64,000 nucleotides of DNA from Mytilus edulis (Eukaryota): NCBI RefSeq assembly GCF_963676685.1, contig NC_092356.1, positions 61,814,001 to 61,878,000 on the forward strand. Reading direction: 5' to 3'. Both the position numbers and the translations under genes were made by a program. Numbering within the stretch: position 1 is the stretch's first letter; each line of letters starts with the position of its first letter. The notes beneath the pieces are model-generated. The model saw nothing but the letters and a program-made list of their open reading frames with translations, did no database searches and was not told where the DNA came from. Positions 12,492-26,100 of the stretch are shown piece after piece.

Positions 12492-13790
12492 AAACTTGGA
12501 AACTTGTTATCCTCCTTCACAGACATGTATAAAAAGACAACCTTGAAAACATGATATCCTCCTTCACAGACATGTGAAAAAGGCAACCTTTGAAACTTGT
12601 TATCCTCCTTCACAGACATGTATAAAAAGACAACCTTGAAAACATGATATCCTCCTTCACAGACATGTGAAAAAGGCAACCTTTGAAACTTGTTATCCTC
12701 CTTCACAGACATGTATAAAAGACAATATTGGAAACATGTTATCCTCCTTCACAGACATGAATAAAAGGGCAACCTTGAAAACATGATATCCTCCTTCACA
12801 GACATGTGAAAAAGGCAACCTTTGAAACTTGTTATCCTCCTTCACAGACATGTATAAAAAAGACAAACTTGGAAACATGTTATCCTACTTCACAGAGATG
12901 TATAAAAAGACAACCTTGAAAACATGATATCCTCCTTCACAGACATGTGAAAAAGGCAACCTTGGAAACTTGTTATCCTCCTTCACAGACATGTATAAAA
13001 GACAACCTTGGAAACATGTTATCCTCCTTCACAGACATGTATAAAAAAGACAAACTTGGAAACATGTTATCCTACTTCACAGAGATGTATAAAAAGACAA
13101 CCTTGAAAACATGATATCCTCCTTCACAGACATGTATAAAAGGGCAACCTTGGAAACTTGTTATCCTCCTTCACAAACATGTATAAAAAAGACAAACTTG
13201 GAAACATGTTATCCTACTTCACAGAGATGTATAAAAAGACAACCTTGAAAACATGATATCCTCCTTCACAGACATGTGAAAAAGGCAACCTTGGAAACTT
13301 GTTATCCTCCTTCACAGACATGTATAAAAGACAACCTTGGAAACATGTTATCCTCCTTCACAGACATGTATAAAAGAGCAACCTTGGAAATTTGTTATCC
13401 TCCTACACAAACATGTATAAAAGGGCAACCTTGGAAACTTGTTATCCTCCTTCACAAACATGTATAAAAATGCAATCTTGGAAACATGATATCCTCCTTC
13501 ACAGACATGTATAAAAGGGCAACCTTGGAAATTTGTTATCCTCCTACACAAACATGCATAAAAAAAGACAAACTTGGAAACATGTCATCCTCCTTCACAG
13601 ACATGTATAAAAATGCAATCTTGGAAACATGATATCCTCCTTCACAGACATGTATAAAAATGCAATCTTGGAACCATATAATCACCTTTCACAGACATTT
13701 GTAAAAATACAACCGTATGCATTCATGTATTCCTCCTTCACAGACAGGTAAAAAAAGCAATCTCGGTAATATGTAAACACCCTTCACAGA
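12492..13790. repeat. 46-47-bp minisatellite, about 28 units
   Basis: ccttggaaacatgttatcctccttcacagacatgtataaaaagacaa repeated, partly as a 93-bp dimer. Confidence 0.95.
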
Positions 13791-13843
13791 GAAGCATACA
13801 CAAATGCCTTTTTAATTTCAATTTTTAAGGCACGATGATTTAA

Positions 13844-14352
13844 AGGAGTAGGTCCGGTAAGGGCCGATTTTGGCCTCAAATTTCAAGTTCATCTTACATC
13901 TTAACTGATTTACTCATTAAAAACGCCCCGATTCTAGCTTAGAATTAAAAAAACTATCAAATATGCCAAAAATTGTCACTTTTCAGATGGTTTTTGTCAA
14001 AAATGAAAGTGGCCGCATCCGTGTTCATCCTCAACCTTTATATGTTATGTATTATCATCAAATACAACTTACATTTCAATATTTAGAATGAACACGAATG
14101 CGGCCACTTTCATTCAAGACAGAAACCCTCTAAAATATAACTAAAATGCAAAAATTGTGAAGATTTCTGTAATTTAGCATGACTAAATGATGCTAGTACC
14201 CGATATATGTGCATTGTATAGTCAAACACAGCCCATATTTATTTAGCAGAAGCATTCTACTGTCCAATAAAAAACTAAAAGTATATATTTTAACAATTTT
14301 GTAAAACTGCTATATTTTGGGGCCAAAAAGGGGTCTTACTGAACCTACTCTT
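13844..14352. mobile_element. ~510-bp TTAA-type MITE with an internal inverted repeat, unit 1 only
   Basis: ttaa|aggagtaggtccggtaag ... cttactgaacctactctt; internal IR atgaaagtggccgcat / atgcggccactttcat; empty site gatgatttaaatgtggtgct at ~33575. Confidence 0.8.
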
Positions 14353-14469
14353 TTGGTGCTCGACAGACATAGACGATGTGCACAGTTGAATTTTAAGTCA
14401 AATTCAAGTTCAGGATGTGGCGTTTATACACGGAGCACTCATGTACAGAAAGACATCTATTTAATAGAA

Positions 14470-15105
14470 AATCATAAAAAAACTGAACTCCGAGGAAAAT
14501 GTCAAAATGGAAAGTCCATAATCAAATGGCAAAATCATGAGTTCAAACTTATCAAACGAATGGATTACAACTAATATTTCTGACTTGGTACAAGCATTTT
14601 CTCATGTAGAAAATTGTTGATTAAACTTGGTGGTATAGCTAGCTAGCTATATCAACCTATCACTAGTATGACAGCCGCATTTAATTCCCTTATATTGTCA
14701 ACGATGTAAAAAAACACCATATATATTAGAGGTAAAAATGTAAAAAATCGGGGTACAGATCAAATTTTTTTTTATTATCTTAACCACAATAAAAACAAAC
14801 AAATATGTAACAATGCATATAGAAAAACCACATTAGCAAAAATGAAAGACAAGAATACATAAATTATCATAGTCCAATAACACAATGACGGCATGAATGA
14901 GTTTAGAGTCGTGTAAAATGGATATCATCATAAACAGACATAACAAAAAAGTAATATTCACGAAGACAAATTAATAAATACTATAACACGTTTTTAAGAT
15001 GATAAACAACGTCAGTAATGAGAAACTTAACTTCAAGACCATCGTGTCTTATTTGTGAAGTTGATACGAAATATTTATCTACAAGGTCTTGGTTCTCTCG
15101 GATGA
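14470..15105 (-). mobile_element. Penelope-like retroelement 3' relic (also ~33700-35060, interrupted)
   Basis: Minus strand ~15030-15105 reads roughly IRENQDLVDKYFVSTSQIRHDGLE, resembling the C-terminal segment of molluscan Penelope-like RT ORFs (from memory), followed by a UTR-like tract. Confidence 0.45.
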
Positions 15106-15322
15106 CTATGTGCGGATTTGAAACATTTGGAACATTAACAAATTGACAAATTAATTGTATGTGATGCTAGTTAAAAAAAAACGACGAAAAATATCGATAC
15201 GCAGCATGGGTTTCGCTCATGGATGAAGCCGTACGGTCACCTATTTTTGCAAAAGTCTTAAATCATTTGCTAATTTGGTTATGAAGTGTCTTTTTTCTTA
15301 TATTGCCTCATCTTTTTATTTG

Positions 15323-15628
15323 TTTAATGAATGACTGTAATATTTTTTCTGTCTATGAAGAAATAACATAAAAAATTTGGTGCACACTGAATAACGCGCG
15401 TAGTGGGTTATTTAACAGTGTGCACCACATTTTTTATGTTATTTCGAATAGACAGAAAAAATATTACAGTCATTTCTTATAATTTAATTCTAAATTCCAT
15501 TTTAAACCGTAGAAAAACACGAAAAAACGTTGATGACGTCACGGTCACATGAATAAATTATGTCTATGGGCACATAACAAAATAACGTCAGCCAATCAGA
15601 AGACGCGTTACATCGAAAATTAAATTAT
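15323..15628. mobile_element. ~305-bp insertion with a ~145-bp near-perfect palindrome, unit 1 only
   Basis: Arms atgactgtaatattttttctgtctat...ggtgcacactg / cagtgtgcacc...atagacagaaaaaatattacagtcat; absent at ~35345. Confidence 0.7.
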
Positions 15629-16350
15629 ATCTGGATAAGAATTAGATAATATTTTCATAAAAGAAAGTATTTTACTGATAGAACTATTAGTATGAACAAA
15701 TTATCACAACCAGACACTATACCTACCGTGGTATCATTAGGACGACCTAATCACAAGACTACTTCAGGTTGTTTGAACAACAAAGGATGGGCATACAGAG
15801 TTGACGAAAAATGAGATACGACATAAATATGTAAACTGATCTTTTGGAAATCGATTAAACATCTTTTGACAAAACCACATATTTTGACAGACAGACGCTT
15901 GAACATATCATAGTCACATATTTAAAATTACCTGTATCAGATTAAGACACAATATCTTTTAAAGGGGTACAAGTGATCAATATGTTTATAAACGAACAAC
16001 ACACTTCTGATAGATTAATAGCTCATCACAATCAATTTCTTTTGTAGTAATAATCTAATATATTTCATATCTGCGATTTCGACAGGTTGAAGGAAAGTGT
16101 TGGAAAAGGGGGGATTTAAGTAAAAATACTAATTGGGAACATTCAGTTTCGATGCAAATTATAATCACGGTGTTTCTACAACATTCACTTGCACCTTTTA
16201 TGAATCAAGTATATGATTGTTTTTCTTTCAAGAGATGTATATATAACAGTCAGGTGTAATGATAAAGATAAGTTCGATTTAAATTTGCAGCATAAATCAA
16301 CTCTTCAAATTGAGAAATAGTTATCAAAAGTACCAGGATTATAATTTTAT

Positions 16351-16394
16351 ACGCCAGACGCGCGTTTCGTCTACATAAGACTCATCAGTAACGC
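16351..16394 (-). ncRNA. Minimal type I hammerhead ribozyme within a ~225-bp copy-specific insertion (~16316-16540)
   Basis: Minus strand GCGUUA CUGAUGA GUCU-UAUGU-AGAC GAAA CGCGCG UC^UGGCGU: full core, 4-bp stem II, palindromic stem III, GUC triplet. Insertion absent at ~52210. Confidence 0.8.
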
Positions 16395-18559
16395 TCAGAT
16401 CAAAATAGTTAAAAAGCCAAATAAATTCAAAGTTTAAGAGCATTGAGGATCCAAAATTCCTAAAAGTTGTGTCAAATATGGCTAAGGTAATTTACTCCCG
16501 GGGTAAGAAAATCCTTAGTTTTTCGAAAAATTCAAAGTTTTCCTCACATTAGAAAAATAAACAACACAGGCAGTAAAAGAGAACAAAAACTGGTCAGAAA
16601 TGTCTAAATGACCCTTACTATGCTGACTAATGCTATAATTGTTAATTTCTATGTAATTTGGGTTTCTGTGGAGATTTGTCTCATTTCCAATCGTACCAAA
16701 TTTTTATAATTTTTATGATTTAAAACGACCTTGACCAATTATAAAACCTTGAACATATCTTTAAATGATCGAATATTATCCGATCAATTAGTTACCTTCT
16801 TACTACAGGTATAACTATGTCTTTCTATATTCAATTCTATAATTTCACGCTTTTGTAGCTATTTTGTCCATGATTCAAAATTAGGTGACATATATTAAAT
16901 GTCTGTGTACAGAGACCTTCTATTCAGGTAAACATAGTATAGAATGTCACTGCTGTGCACTACCATGACTATCTAACTATATCGTGTGTTGACAAAAAAT
17001 CAACATACATTTAAATACAAATGACTGCATAAAACAGCGTAATGGCAAAAGTACAAAAAGAAAATAATCGAGTAATTTTGGTTTTACTGTCATACTGATT
17101 TAGATTTTAATTATTGTACTCTGTCAGAATCCAACAAATCAACATACCGTGTTTATTGTTTCATTCATTGATCTGAGAAACACGAAAATATTGCTTCCTT
17201 TTTAAATTTTGATAGGTATCACAGGCGGACGGACATGATTCATCATCACAAAATTTTCGACAATTTTATTTTTATGAATTCATTATAGCAAACCAATTAT
17301 TTCTCTTTATAATATGTATTCTTCAACAACGAAAAAGGTAACCCTCAGTATCGAGGTGTTCTTCAATTTTATCATCACCTCTTATCTTGTTCTCGCAATT
17401 TCTTTAACCGATGCATGATGAATGTTTACGAAAACGAAAAAAACGTAACTTCAACACAGCCTTTGTTCATTAGACCGTCCATATTCAGGATCTTGTTAAG
17501 ATTATGTTCTATAGCTAATTAAAGTTTTCCTTATTAACAGAACATCAATAGTTGCACTCCTGTAATCTGAGATATATAATAAAATGTACGGTAATCATAT
17601 TTGAACTTAGAATGATCTGGAACTAAGCATATGATATAGAAACATATTTATTGTCGAACTAGATGTTGTTACTTATATTCCTTGGTTGCTTTCTCAATAA
17701 CATATGCATCGAGATCTTCATTTGTTATGCTCAAATTTGTATTCTCAATTTTCTGCTGCTTAAGATATTCACTTTTTCAGGTAGTCATCCTGTTATATCC
17801 AAAATAACTAAACACCAGATCAAAATATGTTTACCCTCTTATTGTGTATCACTGATATTTTGTTTTGTGTGGAAAGAGGGTACTTGGTATCAGTTAATAC
17901 AAAAACCCTACAACAATACAATACATCTATTGTTTGTGTTTCGAAATTTCGAGTGTTAAATTGTTTATTGAGCATGCTAAATTCTGTTGCTTACATTATC
18001 TGGTTCCACAGCTTTATTTGTATATTTTTTTTCTATTTAAGAATTATTTTGGTTGATCTTTATTATATATGGATCAGATATGGTTTGACCATTTAAAGAC
18101 TGGCTAGAACAGAGAAACTGTTGACCACTAAGATCAGATCTGTCTCTCTTTTTTGTAATTTTGTTAAATATTGCAAATGTTGAAGTCAAAATGGCAATAT
18201 TTTAACATGAAATAGAAAGGCAATGATACCAAAGAAGCATTCAAACTCATAAGTCAATCACATATCGCACCAAAACTGGTAGTGATTTCAGGTGGCCTGA
18301 AAGAGAAAGCAAATCCTACTTCAGCTCAGGCTCCCGTCGTGTTGGTTATTTAAGTACAAACCAGGTGATATCTCTAATTGGGGAAATATGGAAAACATTC
18401 AGACAATGTAACATGACTGACAGAGCAGGAATTAATATCCTCCATTGAATGATAAATCTCATGGTCTTTAAATGCTAAATGACATTGACTTATTATAAGT
18501 GTTTCCCTTTCAACCAACTCTTACACTAGAAAATCTTTACCAAAAAAACACGATAATCA

Positions 18560-19670
18560 TTCACTTATTTTAATTACTAGTATCTTTTTACTTGGACGGT
18601 GATTTTCCTTTGGCATGTTTCTTAAGTGAAAATTCGGTTGTTAATGAGTAAACGTTGTGTAACTGGTAAGTTATCAAGTCAGGAGATTTGCATTCACAAA
18701 TTACTTAAAACCTTTACCAAATTCTTCCATAGATACAAAGATTTGGTTTGCAAAATTAGCTACAAAATTGGCTATACCTGTAGACAACCTATATCAAACG
18801 GAATAGCACAGTCTTTTTTTATGATTGTGTTGCTTCAGAGCCCGGAAATATAGATACAATCCAGGTAAACTTATCAACCCTTTAAAAGGACCTACTGTGA
18901 AAGATATTCAATTCAACTGTGAAATTATTTCTTTGAATGTTGTCTTTATTGGTATAAATATCAATTGTGTTATCAGTAAATTAAACTCATACTAAATATT
19001 GTTTTACATACATATTTACATCTTCTGTACACCACAAACTGTACTACAATCAGTCGATACCTGTGTTTTGGCAAAAAGAAATGCTTTTCTCTGACATCCA
19101 TTGGGTGTGTACTGATTGATTTTCTAGTCTTAGACTTTTGTTATGGGTTTCAAACTAGTTGTCAGTAACTCCTAGTAGTCTCACATCTGTTAATTGATTC
19201 TTGTAATGAGCCTTGGTACGACTGGTCTTTGTTTTTGTTAGATGTTTTTATGGCTTATATTGAACTGAAAAGTTAAGGCCTTCCAACTGAGGTTTTGATA
19301 GTGTATGCTCATGCTGTATTGTTACACTACTGTATAAGGTAAGGAGGAGTGAGTCTTAGTGCCTTCAAACGTGTTTAGCTCCACCATATTTCAATAAGCT
19401 TGTTCAAAGTTAGGAGCCTGTAGTTCAGTAGTTGTTTTTAGTTCATATCGGTCATATTTGTTTTCAGTAAATTGTTTTTATAAATTAGGCCATTTTCTCG
19501 ATTGAATTGTTTCAAATTAGTCATGTACAGGGCCTTTTATAACCGATTATACGGTATAATTTTTTCATAGATGAATGCTGTAGAGTTGCCTAGTATTGCT
19601 TACGTCTACTTTGTTTAAACTTTGGTGGATAGTTGTAATATTACTCATACCACAACTCCTTATTTTTATA
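18560..19670 (+). mobile_element. Decayed Penelope-like element 3' fragment (also ~54098-55115, and more decayed at ~42620-43555)
   Basis: KLSSQEICIHKLLKTFTKFFHRYKDLVCK...SNGIA resembles the KLLxQGYxxHKLxKxFxKF motif at the end of molluscan Penelope-like RT ORFs (from memory); downstream DNA is homologous to the 9210-9643 repeat. Confidence 0.55.
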
Positions 19671-20131
19671 CAAACCCAAACTTTGAAACTATGCAAAAAG
19701 TATTATACAACTGCATACCAAATATCATTGAGTTTGCATTAGTGTTTTATCTTAAACTGATATAATCAACCACTTTTATATGTGCACTATATGATCCAAT
19801 AATAAGATAGACCATGACTAAGGAGGAGGAGCCAAAAAAATCTCCATGGAAATTAAATATACCAATGCTAATATATACCAAATATGATTGACTTGCCACT
19901 TATATTTCCCTGAAACTGACCTAATCACATTCTAATAATAAAAAGTTTTGTCGTCTATAGATCATTACTAAGGCAGAGGGGTCTAATAATCTTCATAAGT
20001 TGAATTAGATGTCATTGATCCAAAGAAGCAGCTCATTCTAATATTACACTAATTATGGTGTAACCATGAGGGTTTCCTTTATATTTGTTTAATTCATAAC
20101 ATTATACACAACACACTATTCTGTTAAAGTT

Positions 20132-23100
20132 TTAATCAGAATCTGACATAGTGAACTCTTTAACAATGTCCTCTTTATCATCGACATCATCTGACATGTC
20201 TTCATCTTCACTGTTTTCATCCTCCTCATCATCTTCATTATCAACATCATCGTCATCATCATTTTGATCTTCATCATCATCCTGATTTTCATCGTTGTCA
20301 CTTTCATCCTCCTCATCTTCACTAGCAGACTTTGCAAGTTGGTCAAGGTCATCACTATCAAAATCACTAAATCAAACAAATTGGATAAATCATAATAAAA
20401 TAATATCTATAACAATTTGTTTTCATTTTTTACATTTTCCAAACTTCCATATCGTCCTTATAATGCTTACATTAAACACTTACATGTAACAGAGTACAAT
20501 GGCAAAATTCTAAAACTATTTATTCATTACTGAGTGGTACAGATTAATTATGATTTATAAAATGATAACTAGAACAAGTATTAGTTTTCTAATACATTTC
20601 CTAAACTTTCTTATTATCCTTATAATGTTCAAATGGAACACTTAAAAAGGCACAAGGTAAAATTCCAAAATGATTTGATAAATACTGAGGAGTACAGATT
20701 ATTGTTCTTTTTAAAATAAAGTTATGCAGATGCAATAAAATCAACGGTACCAATTTTGTTGCACCAGATGCGCATTTCGACAATTATGAAATTGATACCA
20801 ATGATTATTGTCTACCATAAACACAGTTGATCAGGAAAAATTAACATTACGAAATTGTAAAATCAAACGTCACTCAGGCATAATGCATACTTATGAACTC
20901 AAAATTAAAGAGCAAAGATGTTAATGCAACAACATACTAAATCTATCGGGTTTCTTAGTTTTACTTTTTCTTCGACTTTGCTCAATATTTGGCTTAAAAC
21001 ATTTGTATTAGATTAATTTTTATTTAAGGCATTGCTTATATATCGATTTGTTATTCAAATTTACATAAATATAAGTTGTTATCATTTATTAAATGGTTTT
21101 TACTGTCTGCACTTGTTACAACTGCCTACGGTAATGTTTAAGTATTGAACATATGTCTTGCACATTGGTCCTAGTACAAACATATATCGTTGGCTTTGAT
21201 TTTGTTAATGCAAATAATTAGGTGAGTATGACAATAATAATAACAAGTATTTCGAGACAATTAGTTTATCTCAAATGTTGTTTATTCTTCAAAATCACTA
21301 TAGAAGAGATATGATAACAAACGTTATTAATAAATAAATAAGCTTTATGTTATAGTCAAAATTGATGCAAATCAAGACAACACAATATAAGTTCTATATA
21401 GCTTTTGAGAGAAGTGCAATTGAATGAAATGCATTTGTAAATTGCAAAATGTATTTGCTATCCATCCATAAATTATATTTCTAAATGTCTTCAAACATGA
21501 TGGAATGATGTGCTTAACATTTGATACACTAGTATTCTACATTGACTGTTGATCTGTTTACTCTGCATTTTGGTAAGAATTGATTACACTAGCAGCCTTA
21601 CCATATCTTCAGCTTTCTTATGTAACATGTGTGCGATGATTGTGAACTTGCTTATAGTAAATAAGTCTTACCTGTAATTCTCATCGGAATTGTCTGCCTT
21701 TGCCTTTGCTGGTCTTTCACCTTTTGGTAGGAACCTTTAATGATACAAAAAAATATATATTTCCCTTCATCTTTGGCGTCTTCATGTATGGCAATATAAT
21801 ACAACATGAGTCAATTGTCTCTAAATTATTGTTTGGTCAAGTTTTGTTAAAAAAATATCACTTATGATATATAACAATGTATACGGAAGCAAGGCAGATC
21901 CTTATAAAGGGGGTCTCATTGGAGAGTTCTGATCCAAGATCCCGCTTACTGTTTTGTCAGATTCTTGTATCACGCTTACACTATTTACGTAAGCAATTCT
22001 CATCTTTTTGTAATTTTCTGTGTCCCGCTAGACTTCATTTCCTGTTTTCACGGCACAATAATTTGACGTTTATGTGTCCCGCTTACCAAAAAATTGGCAA
22101 TCCCGCGTCAGGCTTAGACCCGAATTAGACCCACTTTAAATAGAAACTATGATTACGGACAGTTTTCTTAAAAATCTGTATTAACCTGGTTGTATCATCA
22201 TCTGACTCATCACTGTCTGATTCAAACAAGGCAGAGAACTCTTCCTTTTCTGCAGCTGTGGCCTTCTGAACTACTTTGGGTCCTTTGGGTCTTTCAATAA
22301 TTGGTATATTTGCCTCAGCCTTAGAGAGTCCCTAAAATTAAATAAATGTAATGTTTATTTGGAATCACAACGATTGCTGCATTAATAAAACGAGGCAGGG
22401 GTAACCTGCTTAAGAGAACAATGTCAGTTTTATTTCGTATCTTTTAGTAATCAGATATACAAATTTGATAATAGATTATAATTGTATAGTTGATTTCAGC
22501 AATTTGTTTAAAAAAACTAGTTCATGTTTCAGATAATAATATATCAGGAACTTTAGTTTTAAAAACGTTTAGAGTATTCTGTAATTAATGCATATCAGTA
22601 CAACTTTCATCATTAAAATATTTAATATATAAAACTGTTAAAAGCATTTAAAAAAAAAGTTTTGTTCAAAACAAGGACTGCAGTCCAAATTTACGAATTA
22701 AAAAAGACTCTGATTATTGTAATATGAAGGGACATTACAAAGTGAACAAAACCAGAGTCCTCTTTTGATTAACCTGCATCGGCATTCTTAACAAATTCTT
22801 ATCATTAGCGGACCTGTTCTTTAGCAGCAATCTGGTACTGCAATTCTCTGTCTCGTAGCTTCCTCCATGTGGTGAAGTATTTACCTAATGGAGTACAAAT
22901 ATTCTTACACTGTTGTTCCCATGCTGTCTGTAAAAGAGTAGAATTATAATTGTTTAATTTATTTCATTTAGTTTGTATACATCTACTACAACAAGATGTT
23001 CACAAAGTATAAATACACCAACAACAACACCATTTACACCAAGTATAAATATATCAACAACAACAAGATCTTCACCGATAATGCTTAAATGAACAATGAC

Positions 23101-26100
23101 TATAGCTCCACCAAGTATAAATACATGATCAACAAGATCATCTCCAAGCACAACATTAGTAAGGTCTTCTCTTAGTATAAATACATCAACAAAAAGATCA
23201 TCACAAAATGCAAATTTATATACATCAACAACAACAAGATCTTCAGAAATTACAAATGAATCAAACGCAACAAGGATATATTATTCCCTAAATAAAATGC
23301 TTTTAACTTTGGATAGACACCTATATTTTGTTGTTTTAAACATATTTGTAAGCAATATATAAAATATATATAAACCAGATGCACCACAGGGTGCAGCTTT
23401 ATACAACCGCAGAGGTCAAACCCTGAACGGTTGGGGCTAGTATGGACACAACATTCAAACTGGATACAGCTCTGATTTTGGATTGTGATTAAATAGTTGA
23501 CACAGCATAGGGTTTATGACACAGAAAGAATGTGGTCTAATGAACTTAAAATGTTTTTTTTTGCTTTTGAGCAATCCACTATGCTGTTGAATATTAATCC
23601 TTTGATATTTGAAGAAATTTTCTTTTTCATTTGAAAGAAAAATTGAACCCCACTAATTTTTTTCACCTTCCCCTTTCCCTTATTCCAAATATGATCTCAA
23701 TTCAAATTTCTAATGGAGTTTTCAACAATAACTACTCATTTAAATACATCATAAAATATAAAATGTCATACAGTCATGATTTAAGTTGATTTGACTACTA
23801 TTATTAAGAAAGATAACTCCAATGCAACATTTTATATTGGTAAATTTCCAATGAAGTTCATTTAAGGTGGTACCCAACACTTTAACTAAAATCAATTTGG
23901 CTCATCTAATTTTCTTAAAATTTTGACAAAGTATTTACTTTGACCCTTTCACAAAAATATAAAAATTTCAAAAAATTTGAACCAATCGTTTTATCAGAAA
24001 AATTACACTGGTTATATAGCAGTTTGACAAACACTTATTTTGATCATTGGGAAGCTTGATATTCCTTTAACAACACAACATATAAAAACGTTAAGCTGAT
24101 TTTACAGAGTTATCTCCCTGTAGTGTTAGGTACCACCTTAACTAAAGTTTTTGGCAAATTTCCAATGGAATTTATTAATAACTAAGTTTTTGGCAAATTT
24201 CCAATATACATAATTTAAGAGCAGTTTAGGTGAGCTATTAAAATGAGTTTCAATTACCGACCTTACACTGCTTTTAAATTATGTTTTGTACTTAAGTAAT
24301 TGTCCATTAACCTGGAAACCCTTTTCCCCCCTTTTTTGCACCTTATTCCAACGGTTTGAGCCATAACTCCCAAAGACAATTCTTACCATGGCTTTGTGGT
24401 ATCCCAATATCCAAAATCTAAATACATGGTTAGATTCATCATATCAAAGAACCCCAAGAATTCAATTTTTGATGAAATCAAATAAAGTTCAATTTTGGAC
24501 CCTTTAAACCTCAATGTGGACCAATTTGATAACCGGTCCTAAATATCAAAAATCTAAATACATGGTTAGATTCAGCATATTGAAGACCCCATATATTGAA
24601 TTTTTGTTGAAATCAAACAAAGTTTAATTTTGGACCCAGATTTGACCAACTTGAAAACTCAGCCCATAATAAAAAAACTAAGTACATGTTTAGATTCAGC
24701 ATATCAAAGAACCCCAAGAATTCAATTTTTGTTAAAATCAAACTAAGTTTAATTTTGGACCTTAATGTAGACCAATTTGAAAACGGGACCAAAAATTAAG
24801 AATCTAAATACACGGTCAGATTCGGTATATCAAAGAACCCCAATAGTTCAATTTTTGATGAAATGAAACAAAGTATAATTTTGGACCCTTTTGGCCCCTA
24901 ATGCGTTGGGACCAAAACTCCCAAATCAATCCAAACCTTCCTTTTGTGGTCATAAACCTTGTGTTTAAATTTTCATAGATTTCTATTAACTTATACTAAA
25001 GTTATTTTGCAAAAACCAAGAAAAATGCTTATTTTGGGACCTGTTTTTGGCCCTAAACTATTGGGATTTAAACTCCCAAAATCAATCCCAACCTTCTTTT
25101 TGTGGTCATAGACCTTATGTTAAAATTTCATAGATTTCTGTTTACTTATTCTAAAGTTATTGTGCGAAAACCAAGAAAAATGCTTATTTGGGCTCTTTCA
25201 GCCCCTTATTCCTAAACTGTTGGGACCATAACACCCAAAATCAATCCCAACCTTCCTTTTATCATCATAAACCTTGTGTTTAAATTTCATAGATTTCTAT
25301 CTACTTTTACTAAAGTTAGAGTGCGAAAACCAAATGTGTTCGGACGAAGACAACGACGACCATGACGCCAACGTGATACCAATATACAACCAAAAAAAAT
25401 TTAATTTTTGCGTTCGTATAAAAACAACATGTAAACATTTAATGCGTCCGAAGCATTATTCTGGATTAACCTTCATGTGGAAGCCTCAAAGCCGAATATT
25501 TGAAAGCCAAAGATGCATAAAACAGAAACATTTTAAGAGCTATTTAATAAAAAAAATTACCTAAAGTAATAGCCAAATCCTTGACCTTCTAAGGCCAACT
25601 CAGCCTGATGGAGTTCAAACCTGATTGAGTTTCTTTAATAATGAATACAAAATTTATAAACAGGCAAATTTAGAAAGGTTCTTTGTTATTCATGGCAGTT
25701 CAAAAGTGCTGATTTCTGATCTCATGGTACCCTCTGGAACTGATCCAATATAGCGGGTGTAAAATTTCATTGAATGAGGTATACGAAATATTTTGGCAGT
25801 TATTAATTTTGCGGAATTAAAACTTTTATCAATACCTTTGCATGTACATTTATAATTTGACGATTTTGTTCTACCCGCAAAAATAATTTAAAAATTTACA
25901 ACCCGCAAAAATAGCCCGCTATACAGTAGTCCACCTGAAGAGGTATTAACCCAGTGATGTAACAAAGTGTATAAATGTAATGCCTCACAAGTGCTTTTCT
26001 GGATTAACCTTCATCAGGAACACTTAATCCGCTTTTTGAAAAGTACAGTGGTGTGAACAACATATGAATGAACTGTTAAAAGAAGCATATTCTAGTTTCT

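Noticed and set aside
12434-13551. Repetitive ORFs and CRISPR-like regularity in the 46-47-bp array
   Set aside because: Head-to-tail minisatellite with no unique spacers in eukaryotic DNA; the ORFs are artefacts of the repeat.
20116-20379. Met-rich ORFs (also 44066-44332, 55550-55819)
   Set aside because: Wrong frame of the GAT-rich acidic NOC2L terminal exon.
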